The notes under the pieces: model-generated | The model's database searches: none | What the model saw: only the letters and a program-made list of their open reading frames with translations | Told to the model about the DNA's origin: nothing | Shown: piece by piece, positions 35,840-52,310 of the stretch | How the letters are laid out: the number at the start of each line of letters is the position of its first letter | How positions within the stretch are numbered: the first letter of the stretch is position 1 | Source: the human T2T-CHM13v2.0 reference genome, Homo sapiens | Strand: one strand, 5' to 3' | Length of the DNA stretch: 64,000 nt | Assembly (NCBI RefSeq): GCF_009914755.1 | Contig: NC_060937.1 | Made by a program: the position numbers and the translations under genes

Positions 35840-36069
35840 TGCCTGGTGTGGTGGCTTACACCCATAATCCCAACACTTTGGGAGGCCGAGGCAGGCAGAT
35901 CTCTTGTGCTCAGGAGTTTGAGACCAGCCTGGGCAACATGGCAAAAAGGCTGAGGTAGGAGGATCACTTGAGCCCCCGAGGTGGAGGCTGCAGTGAGCAG
36001 AGATCATGCCACCGCACTCCAGCCCGGGCACCAGAGCAAGACCCCGTCTCAAAAAAAAAAAAAAAAAAA
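35840..36069 (+). mobile_element. AluJ-like with an internal deletion
   Basis: caacatggcaaaa joins directly to aggctgaggtaggagg. Confidence 0.87.
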
Positions 36070-36457
36070 GTGTAGGCCCACAAGGTCAGAGATTATTGGG
36101 AGACAAAATGGACAAAATATGCTAATTTTTTGGAAAATTGGAAATCATGCAAAAGTAGTCAGGTAAATGATTGAATGAGGTGGAGAAAGCTAAAACTTAG
36201 GCATGGGGTTAAGGAAAATGCCAACGAAAAGCAAGTCGCAATAGCTCCTGAGAGACGTGGAAAAGGTCAGAATCTGCAGGTACCAAAGAGGACACAGTGT
36301 GAATGAGGAGTGGGAGGTGACAAGAGTTTACTGAAAGCGGTGCCACTACTAAAGAAATCCAACCACAATAGGCCAGACACAAGAGGCCGTTGGGGGGTGC
36401 TACAGATACCAGGGGCTTCAGATAGAGGACACCCTGAGAGGCGAGAGCCATGCGTGC

Positions 36458-37105
36458 CCACACACCACATACACACAACTACACACACACCACCATACAC
36501 ACAACTACACACACCACATATACACACTACACACACACCACCACACACACAACTACACACACACCACCATACACACAACTACACACACCACATATACACA
36601 CTACACACACACCACCACACACACAACTACACACACACCACCATACACACAACTACACACACCGCATATACACACCACACACACCACCATACACACTACA
36701 CACACACCACAATACACACAACTACACACAGCACACACCACATATACGCACTAGACACCACACACCACACACACACAACTACACACACCACATATAGGCA
36801 CTACACACACCATATATATGCACCACACACACCACACACAACTACATACATACCACATACACACAACTACACCACCACATACACACACTACACACCACAC
36901 TCCACATACACACAACTACACACACCACATATATGCCCTACACACACCACACAAACACACACCACATACATACAACTACACACACATCTCATATACACAC
37001 TACACACACCACCATACACACAACTACACACACCACATATACATACTACACACACACCACCATACATACACCACATACACACAACTACACACACCATATA
37101 TACAC
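36458..37105. repeat. CA-rich degenerate satellite (CACACAACTA / CACCATA units)
   Basis: About 650 bp almost devoid of G; UG-rich on the CRYL1 sense strand. Confidence 0.95.
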
Positions 37106-37266
37106 AGTACAATATAAGGATTTATACTCATATTGAATTTCCAAAACTAATGTTTTCATTTACCATTTTTTAATGATGGATTGAAAACTAGTTGTCTTAC
37201 TTTGATAACTTTGGCATTGAACTTATCACATTTTTGATGCTTTTGGTCACAGTTCTGTCTCTAGAG

Positions 37267-37677
37267 CTACACACACAACTACACACACACCCTATACACA
37301 CTACACACACACCACACATACACACAACACCATACACACTACACACACCCCATATACACAGTACATACACACCACACATACACCACCATACACACTACAT
37401 ACACCACATATACACACTATACACACGCCACCATACACACTACACATACCCCATATACACACTACATACATGCCACCCTACACACTACACACACCCCATA
37501 TACACACTACACACACACCACCATACACACTACACACACTCCATATACACACTACACACACATGCACATACCTCATACACACACTATACACACCACTTAC
37601 ACACACTATGCACACCACATACATACTATGCACACCAATACACACTACACACACCATATACACACTACACACACACT
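37267..37677. repeat. Second CA-rich degenerate satellite block
   Basis: Same unit family (cacactacacac, caccata). Confidence 0.95.
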
Positions 37678-37699
37678 GCCTAATGGAAAGCCAGTGTCT

Positions 37700-40031
37700 A
37701 GGCCCGTGTGTCGGAATAACAGGGTTTTCTTGGAGCATTGATCTGCTCTTTAATATAAAATTATAAAAGGTTATAAAGTTTATGGAAATCTCACCTTATG
37801 GTCAAACTGATTAGATTTATTTATAATGTTTTATTAAAATTAGCATTAACATTAATAATATACCATACAAAGGTAAAATTTGGTTTTCTCTTTTGAACAA
37901 AATTTTCATGTAAGAGATAAGAGATTTTTATTTACCTTTTCAGTAAAACCACAGAAGAAAACAAATAGAGGGAAGGAGAAAGACAGATTTAGCTGGCCTC
38001 ATGCTGTCTTTACTAGGTCTTAATGTTTAGGAAACTCAGTCTCCTATCAAAGAGAAAATGTTTTTGTATTATAATTTTGGCCAAATGAATGACTGTTTTA
38101 TAGTGACTTCTGATCCTATTTTGTGATATCAAGTGTCTTAAAACCTTTGATATTTGACAGACTTCCCAACAGCAAAATATCAAGTTGTAAATTCTCTGAC
38201 CTTAAACTAACTTTTTCAGCTATTAGGTTCCCTGAAGTCCAAGAGAGACATATTAGGCATATTAGGCTTATGTGTTATGTTAGAATTATTTAAGCCGGGC
38301 ATGGTGGCTCTTGCCTGTAATTGCAGCACTTTGGGAAGACAAGATGGGTAGATTGCTTGAGCCCAGGAGTAAAGAGACCAGCCTGGACAACATGGCAAAA
38401 CCCCATCTCTACCCAAAAATTACAAAAATTAGCTGGGTGTGATGGCGCATGCCTGTAGTCTCAGCTACTCTGGAGGCTGAGGTTAGAGGATTGCTTGAGC
38501 CCAGGGGGCAGAGACTGTAGTGAGCCAAGATCGCATCAGTGCACTCCAGCCTGGGCAACAGAGTGAGACCCTGTCTCAAAAAAAAAAAAAAAAAAATGTG
38601 GCCGGGCGCAGTGGCTCATGCCTTTAATCCCAGCACTTTGGGAGGTCGAGGCGGGTGGATCGTGAGGTCAGGAGATCGAGACTATCCTGGCTAACACGGT
38701 GAAACCCCATCTCTACTAAAAAAATGAAAAAAAAATTAGCCGGGCGTGGTGGCAGGCGCCTGTAGTCCCAGCTACTAGGGAGGCTGAGGCAGGAGAGTGG
38801 CGTGAACCCAAGAGCAGAGCTTGCAGTGAGCCGAGATCATGCCACTGCACTCCAGCCTGGGTGACAGAGCGAGACTCTGACACACACACACACAAAAATG
38901 TAGGAAGCATTGTCAAATCTGAGATGTTGTTTAGCTCCCTTTGGTTATGTTTATATAGATGTGTTGTCAATGTGTTCCAGGATTATATTAGATTCTTATA
39001 ATTCTGATATGTCTTAATATGTTGTCAGTAATAATTATGATTTTCATGTTAAATTGTTGTATCCCACAGAAATAACCAAATTTCCTTGTCAACAGTGTCT
39101 TTAACTGTGGTTGTCCTAAGACTTTTGTCATCCACAATTGTTGTTTTGTGTTGATTCTTCACAAAAAGTGACTTATAATCAGCTACTGTCCAGGGCTTGT
39201 TTCTTTGGGGGGAGTTCATGAAAAGGACTCTTGAATACAAGTTTCTGATAACTTCGGAGATTGTGCCATTGGATGTGAGAGAAAACTTCCAGTGCACTAA
39301 TGGAAACACTGATGTGTTCACAAAGATGGCTAACTCAACATGAAGCAGAGCAGGAGTTGTCTGCATGGACGGAACTAATGGAGGACTGAAATAACTTTTA
39401 TGGCTTTTTTGTTTGAAATATTGCTCATTCTTTTTGTTTTTCAGAGTCTGAAGAATTTTTTTCTTTTGAGTCATCCTTTAAGTATCTTTTAAGTATAGTG
39501 AGTAGAGTATACTTTCGTAAACAGAATTTGAGGCATATTTCTCTAATTTATCCAGAATTTATAAACTATTTGTGAGTATTCTTAATTCATGGCAATGTGT
39601 TTGTTTGCATACAGTTAATAACAACATGTTTTCTTTGGTAATGGGACACAGTTGAAGAACTGGTTGTTTTCCCAGGGCTTTGACTAAAATGGCCTTGTGA
39701 GAGGTTCTAGCAAAGCCGATTTAGGAGAGCCTATGAGAACAGTGATTCTTGTTCCATTTTGTGTGGGTAATCAGGCCAAGTATATGGGACTGAAGCTTAT
39801 TTTGCAGGTAGATTGGTCCTGCTGTGATGTCTTTGTGAAAGTGGTAGACTGGAGAAAAAGATTGTGTTTCAGAAGAAAAACTTTAGTATTAGATTAGCCT
39901 TTGATTCCTGGATGGTCATGAGGTCTTCCATGGTATGGAGCTGCCCACAATGCCTCTCCTCAGCAGGAAGGAGACAGAAAGATGGATGACCAGATGCCCC
40001 ATGGTTGAGGAATCTATAAACAAGGGGAGAC
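37700..40031 (+). mobile_element. ERV1 MER4-group internal region remnant (non-coding), interrupted by two Alus
   Basis: AT-rich MER4-int-like text (aaaaggttataaag...atggtcaaactgatt) ending in a polypurine tract aaggggaga immediately before the LTR TG. Confidence 0.65.
38294..38895 (+). mobile_element. Tandem AluJ-like (38294-38596) and AluY-like (38599-38895, CA-type tail)
   Basis: Two full Alu dimers. Confidence 0.92.
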
Positions 40032-40466
40032 TGAAACCCACTCAATTTTTTCAGTAAACATAGAAATTGATCCTTTTTGCCTTAAAGCTTGAAATTTCTA
40101 TTGGTTTTATCTGAGTTCTTTCCTCAGGAAATTACTTCAGGCATCTCAAAAAAAAAAGTGTTGAAGAACTGAAACTTACCAGATCATCACATCCATACAA
40201 TGAGACTCCAGGCCCCTCATTCACCATGATTGCTTCCTTGCCCCTCCCTAGTTCCTGTTTTCCTACACAGTGCTACATTTCTTTCCTGCTATATAAACCC
40301 CTGATTTTAGGTGGTCAGGGAGATGGATTTGAGACTGAACTCCCATCTCCTTGGCTGCAGCAGCCGATTAAAGCCTTCTTCCTTGGCTGTACTCATCATT
40401 TCAGTCATTGGCTTTCACTGCTGTGAGCAGCAGCACCTAGACCAAACTCTTGGTGTTTTGGTAACA
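40032..40466 (+). mobile_element. ERV1 MER4-group 3' LTR (subfamily not determined)
   Basis: TG...CA termini (tgaaaccc...ggtaaca), TATATAA at 40290, ATTAAA at 40367, preceded by a PPT. Confidence 0.8.
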
Positions 40467-41601
40467 AAACCACATTATGAGGAAGGTATTATTATGTCTC
40501 CATATCCCAGATGAGGAAACAGATTCAGTGAGTTACCCAGCTATGAAGGCTGAGCCAGATCTGACTGCAAAGCTCACAGTCTGGGCCGCTGAGCCACACC
40601 GGACCCCTCTGCACTGCTCACTTATTTTCACACTGTGCTGCCTGCTTTCTATCTACAGTATGACTCCATGTATAATGCAGCTTCCTGAGGAATAAAGGGC
40701 ATGGCTAACATTTCTTTCAGAAATCTCAGTGCCAGCCTATAGTGAACTCCCAAGGGGATTTCTGGCAGGGTCTTTGGCTCCCACCTATTCCTGAAGGTCT
40801 GAGGACCTGAAGAGCTAAAGATGGGGAAGAATGGGGCAGACATGGAAGATCAGGTAAGATTAGCTTAAGGAGGTGAGTCTACCTCATCTCCAGCCAACAG
40901 AAATCCTAGCACACTGGAGGCAAAGAACAGAGAGCAGTGAGGAAATAGAAAGGCCAGGGATTGCTTCCTTATGGGATGGCTGTGTTGTGCTGTCTGCTTT
41001 GACGTTGACATTGCTGTTGTTTCTAGGCCCTGATTATGCAGAGGCAGAGGGCTGAGCCAGACTCCACCCGACTCCAGCCCCACGGATCACTCTAACTCCA
41101 GATGGGCAGGTTAAGTTGAGGCTGCACAAAAATCTTTAATTAAGTTACTGCAATGCAAAAGAGTCAGAAGACAGCCCAACCACACAGTCCATGTGGCACG
41201 GTGATAGTGTGTGGACACTAACAATCATGGCAGGTGTTTCTGAAGTTGGGAAGAGGGCAGAACACTCAAGTTTTCATTAAGAAGAGTAGCTCCAGACTTC
41301 CGTTTGACAGCACAATGTTTTAAAAATCTGGCATGCCTATCTCCAAAGACTACCTCCAGTTTGCCCAGGTCTCCACCCCACCCCATTATTCACACCCATT
41401 AGCCACCCAGCCCCCTTAGACTTCGGGATCTGCAAACCTTGTAGTGAGGCATGTGAACTTAAATGCACTGTAGGAAGAAAGAAAACTACCTTCTGTCGCA
41501 CAGGAGGGCTGTGGGTCTGCCTGCCTGGATCCACGCCACTGTGGCCCATCCGGGTCTCTGCCCTCCCCGCTTCCCCCTCCTCACTCAGGTCTCCTCCCTC
41601 C

Positions 41602-41986
<385 letters not shown>

Positions 41987-42207
41987 TCAAGGCAATCAAT
42001 TTCACCAAAGTTTACACTGGAGTATCAAGGCCCGGTTAAAAAATGGGGTACTTTGGTTTCCTGTTCACCTTGTTGGAAACCTCACAGGGAGACAATGGCC
42101 AGTCAAGGTAGGAGTCACACAATTCTTGAGTCCAATCCTTGACAGCACCTACACCTTCATAGCCCAACCATGACTGCTAATGTGCATTGGTCTAGATGCA
42201 CAGCACT

Positions 42208-42249
42208 CAGGATCATGCCGGAAGCGCGCAGGATCATACCGGAAGCGCA
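42208..42249 (+). repeat. 21-bp tandem duplication containing CCGGAAGC twice
   Basis: caggatcatgccggaagcgcg / caggatcataccggaagcgca. Confidence 0.9.
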
Positions 42250-42554
42250 CGGCCTCAGAATATGCAGCAAGATCACTCGGAATCCTGCCGCCCAGAGTCA
42301 AAGTATTAATATTTTGGCTTCTCCCCAATACTATGGATATATAATTAGCATATATATGACTTTTACAAATCAGATAAAACAAGGCTATTTTTATTTGGGA
42401 AGAAAAATAAGGCAAATGAAGCAATTATTTGATCTGTCCTAATGACAGCTAAGTGATAGCAGGATCTGTGAACTCACAGGGAAGTCAGATTGAACAACCC
42501 GGCTGAACCCGCAGCCACTGCCATGAACTTTGGGCAACAGACACGGGCTTTAAT

Positions 42555-42930
42555 AATTTTGGCTGGCTCAGCTGGGCTCACTCATGCGGCTTGCAATGAG
42601 TAGTGGGTTGTCTGGGGGCTGGTCTAGGATGGCTTCCCTCATCTGTTTAGCAGTCGGTGCTGTGCTGGATGGTGCTGGCTGGTAGCTGGGCCACACACCT
42701 CCCGCTGACTAGGCTGGGCTGACCAGATGAGGAGGGAAGAAGGGTCCCCAGCAGGAAGCGAACGAATCTCAATGCACATGCACTTTCCAGGCCTTCTGCT
42801 GTGCATGCCACATGTGCTAATAACCGACTGGCCGATGCAAGCCCGTGGCTAAGCCCAGAGTAAGGGGGTGAGAGGAGCAAAGTCACAATGCACAGGGGAG
42901 TGCAGACAGAGACGGGAACAATTTGTGACC
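42555..42930 (-). mobile_element. Old MLT1 (H/J-like) LTR fragment
   Basis: ctcagctgggctcactcatg...ggtctaggatggc...caagcccgtggctaagcccagagt. Confidence 0.6.
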
Positions 42931-43436
42931 ATACTCAGTTATTCTGGCCAACAGTATGTGGGAAAACTAAAGGTTTCAAATCAGGAGAACAGACCAATCC
43001 AGATCAAAACACAGTTCAAGATTAGGCCAGGGCAGAGACCTAGGTAGCAAGTTAAAAACAGGTCAGAGACCCAGTTACTGGAAATGCCTGCGTCCAAGCA
43101 CAAGAAATTCAGTCACTTAGGAGACACAGTACAGGCCTACCTAGTTTCAGAGATCACTGCTGGTGGTTTATTAACTCCTAGTCCATTCAGAAAGATGATT
43201 CACTTTTAGGTGGAGCTGGGTGCCAGGGTGACCATGTACAGATGGTGGAGAAACCAAGATCGAAGCGTACAGGCCCCTAAAGATGGCGATTTCAGATAGG
43301 GACTCAGGCCAGACAAGGCAGTGTGTTTGGCTCCTGGAGTTGGGGTGGTCACCAAGATGTCAACACAGCCTAAGTCAGGGCGGCCTGGTCCCTTGAGGAC
43401 TAGAATGGCCCACCTGCTACGTGGAAATGAGTCTAG

Positions 43437-43810
<374 letters not shown>

Positions 43811-44305
43811 TGCTTTTCTTCTTAAAACACAGCTTCATCCTCTAAACTTCTTACTTGAGACCTAATGCAGGCCAAGCACTGGGCATACAATGGTGAACAA
43901 AGACAAAGCAGTAAAGTATCTGCTAATGAGGTTCTCCAAGGTCAAGCGACCTTCTATTATGAAATGTAAACATGCTAAGTTTTAAGTTTCTTATTGTGCC
44001 ACCCTGTTAGAAAAAGATTAGTCTCAGATGACAGCTTTTTGTTTTTCAAGTTCACTAAGATCCCTTGGCATGGTATGAGTTGTGATAATTTCTTTTATCT
44101 TCTAATGTTTTAATATTTTTTTAAATCAACTTCCCCCCGTTTAAGTTCATTTTTACAGGTTCAGAATCCATATGTACCATTTCTACTATTTAATACCATT
44201 AGTTTTTAATAGGTCTAACACACACAGAATATTCATGCAGATGTAGTGAAATTTCAACCACGTGACATTTTCTAATATGAAACGTTAAAAAAGAATCAGA
44301 ATATG

Positions 44306-44608
<303 letters not shown>

Positions 44609-46004
44609 TCAGAATATGGGAAGTGGGCCAAACTGCAAGGTGGAATAGACGGTGAGAAAAAAGTGTATGAGGAATATGACTGGAAACATTACCTTCGGAG
44701 ACTCTAGAAAAGGTTCCTGTGACTCAGTCAAAACAATTGCTGAGCTAATAGGTTCAGGCTAGCAGGTTCAGGCTCTGGGGACAGGAAACGTGCCTGTTGC
44801 TTATTTCTGCGTCCATAATGGCTAGTACAGAGACCACACGTCACTGCATAGTGAGGGACACTGGGGGTGTGATGTATGGTCTGTCCTGAGGGAGCCCACG
44901 ACCTACAGTGGTAGACAAAGACCACAAAACAGGGTGTCAGGGAAGATGCCTGTGGACACAAGCTATTTGGACCCAAAAGTCAATGCAACCCGATTGGAAA
45001 GATACATCATTTATACTTCTTGACAAAAGGATTAAGTTGGTTTTCCTTACATTCCTTTTGCCTGATATGTGGTCAGGGACATTTTAACCTTGGGGTTTCT
45101 GAACATCTAAGCACCACAGGTCATACACGGTGTTGCTGTTGACAAGACTTCACAATCATTAACCTCCTGGTCTCTGAACTCATTGCACTGACCAAAATAC
45201 TTACAAAAACAAAGTTTGGTTTCAGTCCTTTTACCTTGGACTCTCTGTGCGGGAATGGTACATTTGAAGATCTTGCGATGTAAGAAAGAGAAAAAGGTAG
45301 CTTTATTTAAAAGTCACTCAAGACTAAGAATCCAGTACTTCCTAGGGGGTGCAATATGACACAACATAACTGGATTTTCCTGAAGTTATTTGCCAGTTAT
45401 TTGAGAAGGAAGAGGTAGTTGGTCACAAGATATCCTAAGCTTCCCTTTTCCTGCCAAAGAAGTACAACCAGTTCTGCATATTTAACTCAGCTTAAATGTG
45501 TGTGTTATAAAAATAAAGTACCTGCTACTGAGGAAAGATTTGTATGTACTCCCTTAAAATCCTAGGTACATAAGAATTCAGTACATTTGCTTCTTCTAGA
45601 ATATGACTGCTAACAGTCATAAGTTATTTAGGTTTTTCTGGTTCAAAAATCTTACAGACTGTATCTAAAAGTTAAATCTAATCAGGCACCAATGATATTA
45701 AGAAATACAGCTCTTAATTAAGCATAGTAGGATAACAGGAAAGCCTTTAACCTGGTTAAAAAAAAAACAAAAAAACTTATCCACAACCCTCCATCATTCA
45801 GCATCATCAGTCCTGATGCCTGAAAGGACTTTAAAAATCTTTAATGATGCATCTAAAAATAAGGCCTAAAACACAAATACCCAAGAAATAGAACAAAGGA
45901 CTTTCAATTAGGAACCGTGGGATTTTCTCTTAATTACAAGTGGGTTGGAATTGGCTTTACAGGATAAAAGATGAAATGATAACAGAATTGAAAAGTCTAT
46001 GGTA

Positions 46005-46680
46005 GCAGCGAGCAAACTACAGCCCACAGGCCAAATCTGGCCCATCTCCTATTTTTATATGGCCTGTGAGATAAGGATGTGATATGGTTTGGCTGTGTTC
46101 CCACCCAAATGTCATCTTGAATTGTAGCTCCCATAATTCCCATGTGTTGGGGGAGGGACCTGGTGGGAGATAACTGAATCACAGGGGCAGGTGTTTCCCA
46201 TGCTATTCTCATAACAGTGAATAAGTCTCACGAGATCTGATGGTTTTATAAAGCGGAGTTTCCCTGCACAAGTTCTCTTGTTGGCCACTCTGTGAGACGT
46301 GCCGTTCACCTTCAACCATGATTGTGAGGCCTCCCCAGCCGCGTGAACTATGACTCCATTAAACCTTTTTCTTTCTTAAATTTTTCAGTCTCAGGTATGT
46401 CTTTATTAGCAGCATGAAAACAGACTAATACCGGATGGTTTTTACATTTTTAAACAGTTGGGAAAATTTTAAAATAACATTTTGTGACTCTGAAAATTAT
46501 ACGAACAAAGTTCGATGTTAATCCATAAAGTTTTATTGGAATACAACCACCTCTATTTGATTATTGATTGTCTATGGCTGCTTTTACTTTACAACGAACG
46601 GCTGAAACAGAGACCATATGACCCGCAAAGCCTACAATATTTACTATCTGGTCTTTACAGAAACAGTTTGTCAACTCCTC
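46005..46680 (+). mobile_element. MER58B-like hAT-Charlie element split by a THE1 LTR
   Basis: gcaaactacagcccacaggccaaatctggccc...; resumes as gatggtttttacattttt...aatatttactatctggtctttacagaaa. Confidence 0.8.
46080..46432 (+). mobile_element. THE1 (MaLR) solo LTR
   Basis: tgatatggtttggctgtgt...cagactaatac; 5-bp TSD ggatg at 46075-46079 and 46433-46437. Confidence 0.92.
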
Positions 46681-46862
46681 GTCTGGAGTCCACTTGGGGC
46701 TGGCTTAAAGCATGACCTAATCAGAGATTCACGGGTCTCCTCTTCCCTTGGAGGTACTCTCCTTCTCCAGTACTGGGCCAGCTATGAAGCTAATGTCTCT
46801 CAGCTCCAAACCTACCTGTTGCATATACTGTCACCAGAAAACTGATTAAAAGTCCACGCCCA

Positions 46863-47477
<615 letters not shown>

Positions 47478-47790
47478 GTCCAGGCCTCCTGAAAAGCCAG
47501 GATAGCCCTCAAGGACAGAAGGAGAAGCATTTTTTAGCAGCCACCATTTCCAAAGTGGAGCTTGCTATGCTCTTTAATACACAAATGTGGGAATAAAAGA
47601 TGAATTTAATTAAGTAGATGTAATTTACTCAGGAAGACCACAAATTCCTTAACATTCTTTACAATTATAAAATTAACGGCTTTTTTATTATCAATAAATT
47701 ACTTCCTATTGCTCCCTAAATCACCTCCATAAAACCAAATATTAAGCTGTTTGTGTTACATTTCCTGTGATGCCTTTTAAAAACATTTTG

Positions 47791-48430
<640 letters not shown>

Positions 48431-48466
48431 TTGATTCAATCTGAAAACATCTTTTTGCCTCATAGT

Positions 48467-48497
<31 letters not shown>

Positions 48498-48769
48498 AGA
48501 ATTAGTGCTCTATCAAGGGTTTTTTTTTTCTTTCTCCTGACTATATGACTTTGAGCTATTTTTACTGAGGCTTAAAATTTATTTCAAGACTACCTGAAGA
48601 CTTCTACTTCCAGCACTATGATGGACCAGAATCCCTGAAGGGCCTCTCTTTTCAAAATCTCAGGATCCTTCATAAAACTAGTTTTTATGCACAGAGAGTC
48701 GCAGCAAATGCAGAAAGAAAAAATTTTAAGGCTTCCCCTTTAATCAAAAATGTTTTTACATTAAAAAGT

Positions 48770-49830
<1,061 letters not shown>

Positions 49831-49834
49831 ATCT

Positions 49835-50070
<236 letters not shown>

Positions 50071-50301
50071 AAAAGGGTTTATTACGAGAATTTAATACAG
50101 TAAGATTACTAGGCCACAAGCTCCGTGGCAAAAAAAAAGACTGTGTCTACATTATCCACTATGTATCCCTAGTGAACAGAACATGGCTGGCAGGTAGTTG
50201 GTTCTGAAATGCCAAGTCCCCTTCCTTCCAAAACAGTACAGTCTATGTGAGTGGTTTTTCGGTGTTGTTTTACTTTTGATTTTTGTCTGGTTGGCTTTGC
50301 A

Positions 50302-50660
<359 letters not shown>

Positions 50661-51662
50661 TAACAACATGGAAGAAGTAACTTAACTTCTCTGTGTTCAA
50701 GTTCTTAATGTGTAAAACAACACCGGGTTAGGGTATATAATTTCTTCATGCCTATAGTTTAACACTATACCCTACATATTAATCTTTTCAAAATGCAGAC
50801 AATAAAGTAAGCATATTTTTGTTGCACAAAATTGCAAATTCAAGTCATATATTCATGGACACCCTCCAAATAAGGATAATAACCAGCTAACGCGTGTCTG
50901 AGATGGTCAGAACCCTGTTCCGTGACGGCACCGCAGGGGGACGCGCCATGCGGTGAGGGTGCTCCACGCCAGTGCCTTTGCTTCTGGGCACGCTGCAATG
51001 GCTTCTTTCCCCTGTCCTTGACCTCCCTCACTCTCAGCCTTTCTTTGGTTCCCGTGACTACCATCCCTAAAACAGCCCTCCGCATTCTTAGCACTCAGCA
51101 TTAAGTAAATTCATGCACTCTCACACCTTTAACTAGTACCGCTGTCACAGTTAATAATAACCACATAAACAGCTCCAGTTCTGTCCTCTCACATGAGTGC
51201 TAAACCTCTAACTAAAATTCAAGATGTTTTCATTTGGGTCCTACCATTACTAGATCAACAGGTCAAAACAAGCTGCAGGACCTCTGTTCCTAAACTGTAA
51301 TGCCCCTGCAGCTATGGCTGTCACATGCTGGAAGCGAGTTCCTCCTGCCTAGATGGAAGCAGGAAACCCCAGCCCTCCAGCCCCGGGGCAAACAGCTGGA
51401 GAAGCCTGCAAAGTCACTCACGCTTGATGCAGATCCTCTTAGCAAGAAGGGTCGTTTCCTCCCCCATGGGAGCCCTTCCCCAGTGTGAATTCACATTCCA
51501 GCCACTGTAGGCCTGGCCTTTACCAACTCAGAGGCACTGCAGTAGCCATCAGACGAAAATGTGACATCACAGATCCTCATAGCCTTGAGGATATGACAAA
51601 CAAGACCAACTGAGAGAAACAGACCCACTTCCATTCCTTCTGGAGAGCGCCGGCTGGCCCAC

Positions 51663-51770
51663 CTGATGTTTTCCAGGGCGTTCCTTATCTGCTGTTGCTC
51701 AATGTCATAGAGTTTCACCTGGAAGCCTCCACTGGCAAACAGCATGGCCCAGCTTCGCCCAATGACTCCA
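51663..51770 (-). CDS. CRYL1: CRYL1 coding exon (exon 2, 108 nt, phase 2-2), NAD-binding Rossmann-fold region
   Basis: Minus strand reads ctcccttcag|T GGA GTC ATT GGG ... AAC ATC AG|gtgggc and translates (S)[36 protein letters not shown], which I recognise as the lambda-crystallin N-terminus (end of the GxGxxG motif, plus YD). Exon number is from recall. Confidence 0.96.
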
Positions 51771-51909
51771 CTGAAGGGAGATAAAAGAAAGGATTCGAGT
51801 TAATTTAATAATCGAATGGCTTTTCATTCCTAACCCAGAATGAGTTTTTTTTAAATTCACAGTATCCTATTCTTAAAATATTCAATACATATCTTAAAAG
51901 TACACATTT

Positions 51910-52310
51910 TAGCCGGGCACAGAAAGACAAATATCACATGTTCTCACTCATGTGAAAGCTGAAAACATTGATCTGATGAAGGTGGAGAATAAAATGGTGG
52001 TTAACAGAGGCTGGACGGGGGTGGGAGAGGGAGGAAGAGAGGTTGGTGAGTGGGTGCAAACATACAGTTAACAGAAAAAGTAAGTTCTAGAGCTTGATAG
52101 CACTGTAGGGTAACTAGAGTTCACAACAATGTGTTGTATATTTCAGAACAGCTAGAAGATCTGAAATGTTCCCAGCACAAAGAAATGATAAATGTTAAAG
52201 GTGATGGGTGTGCTAATACCCTGACTTGATCGTTACACATTCTATGCATGTAACAAAATATCACAGGTACCCCATAAGTATGTAGGAATATTAGGTATGA
52301 ATTTTTTTAA
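51910..52310 (+). mobile_element. L1MA-like 3' end
   Basis: gcacagaaagacaaatatcacatgttctcactcatgtg...ctgacttgatcgttacacattctatgcatg. Confidence 0.82.

Noticed and set aside
36310-37173. Longest ORF (287 aa, His/Thr-rich) and overlapping Cys/Val-rich antisense ORFs
   Set aside because: These are translations of the CA-rich satellite, which lacks stop codons by composition; there is no gene context.
39049-39474. 141-aa minus-strand ORF in the ERV remnant
   Set aside because: Antisense to the element, with no gag/pol/env motifs recognisable.
50925-50960. CTCF-like ccgcagggggac within a small CpG patch and 7-bp stem
   Set aside because: Three mismatches at informative core positions, and the stem is short enough to be chance.
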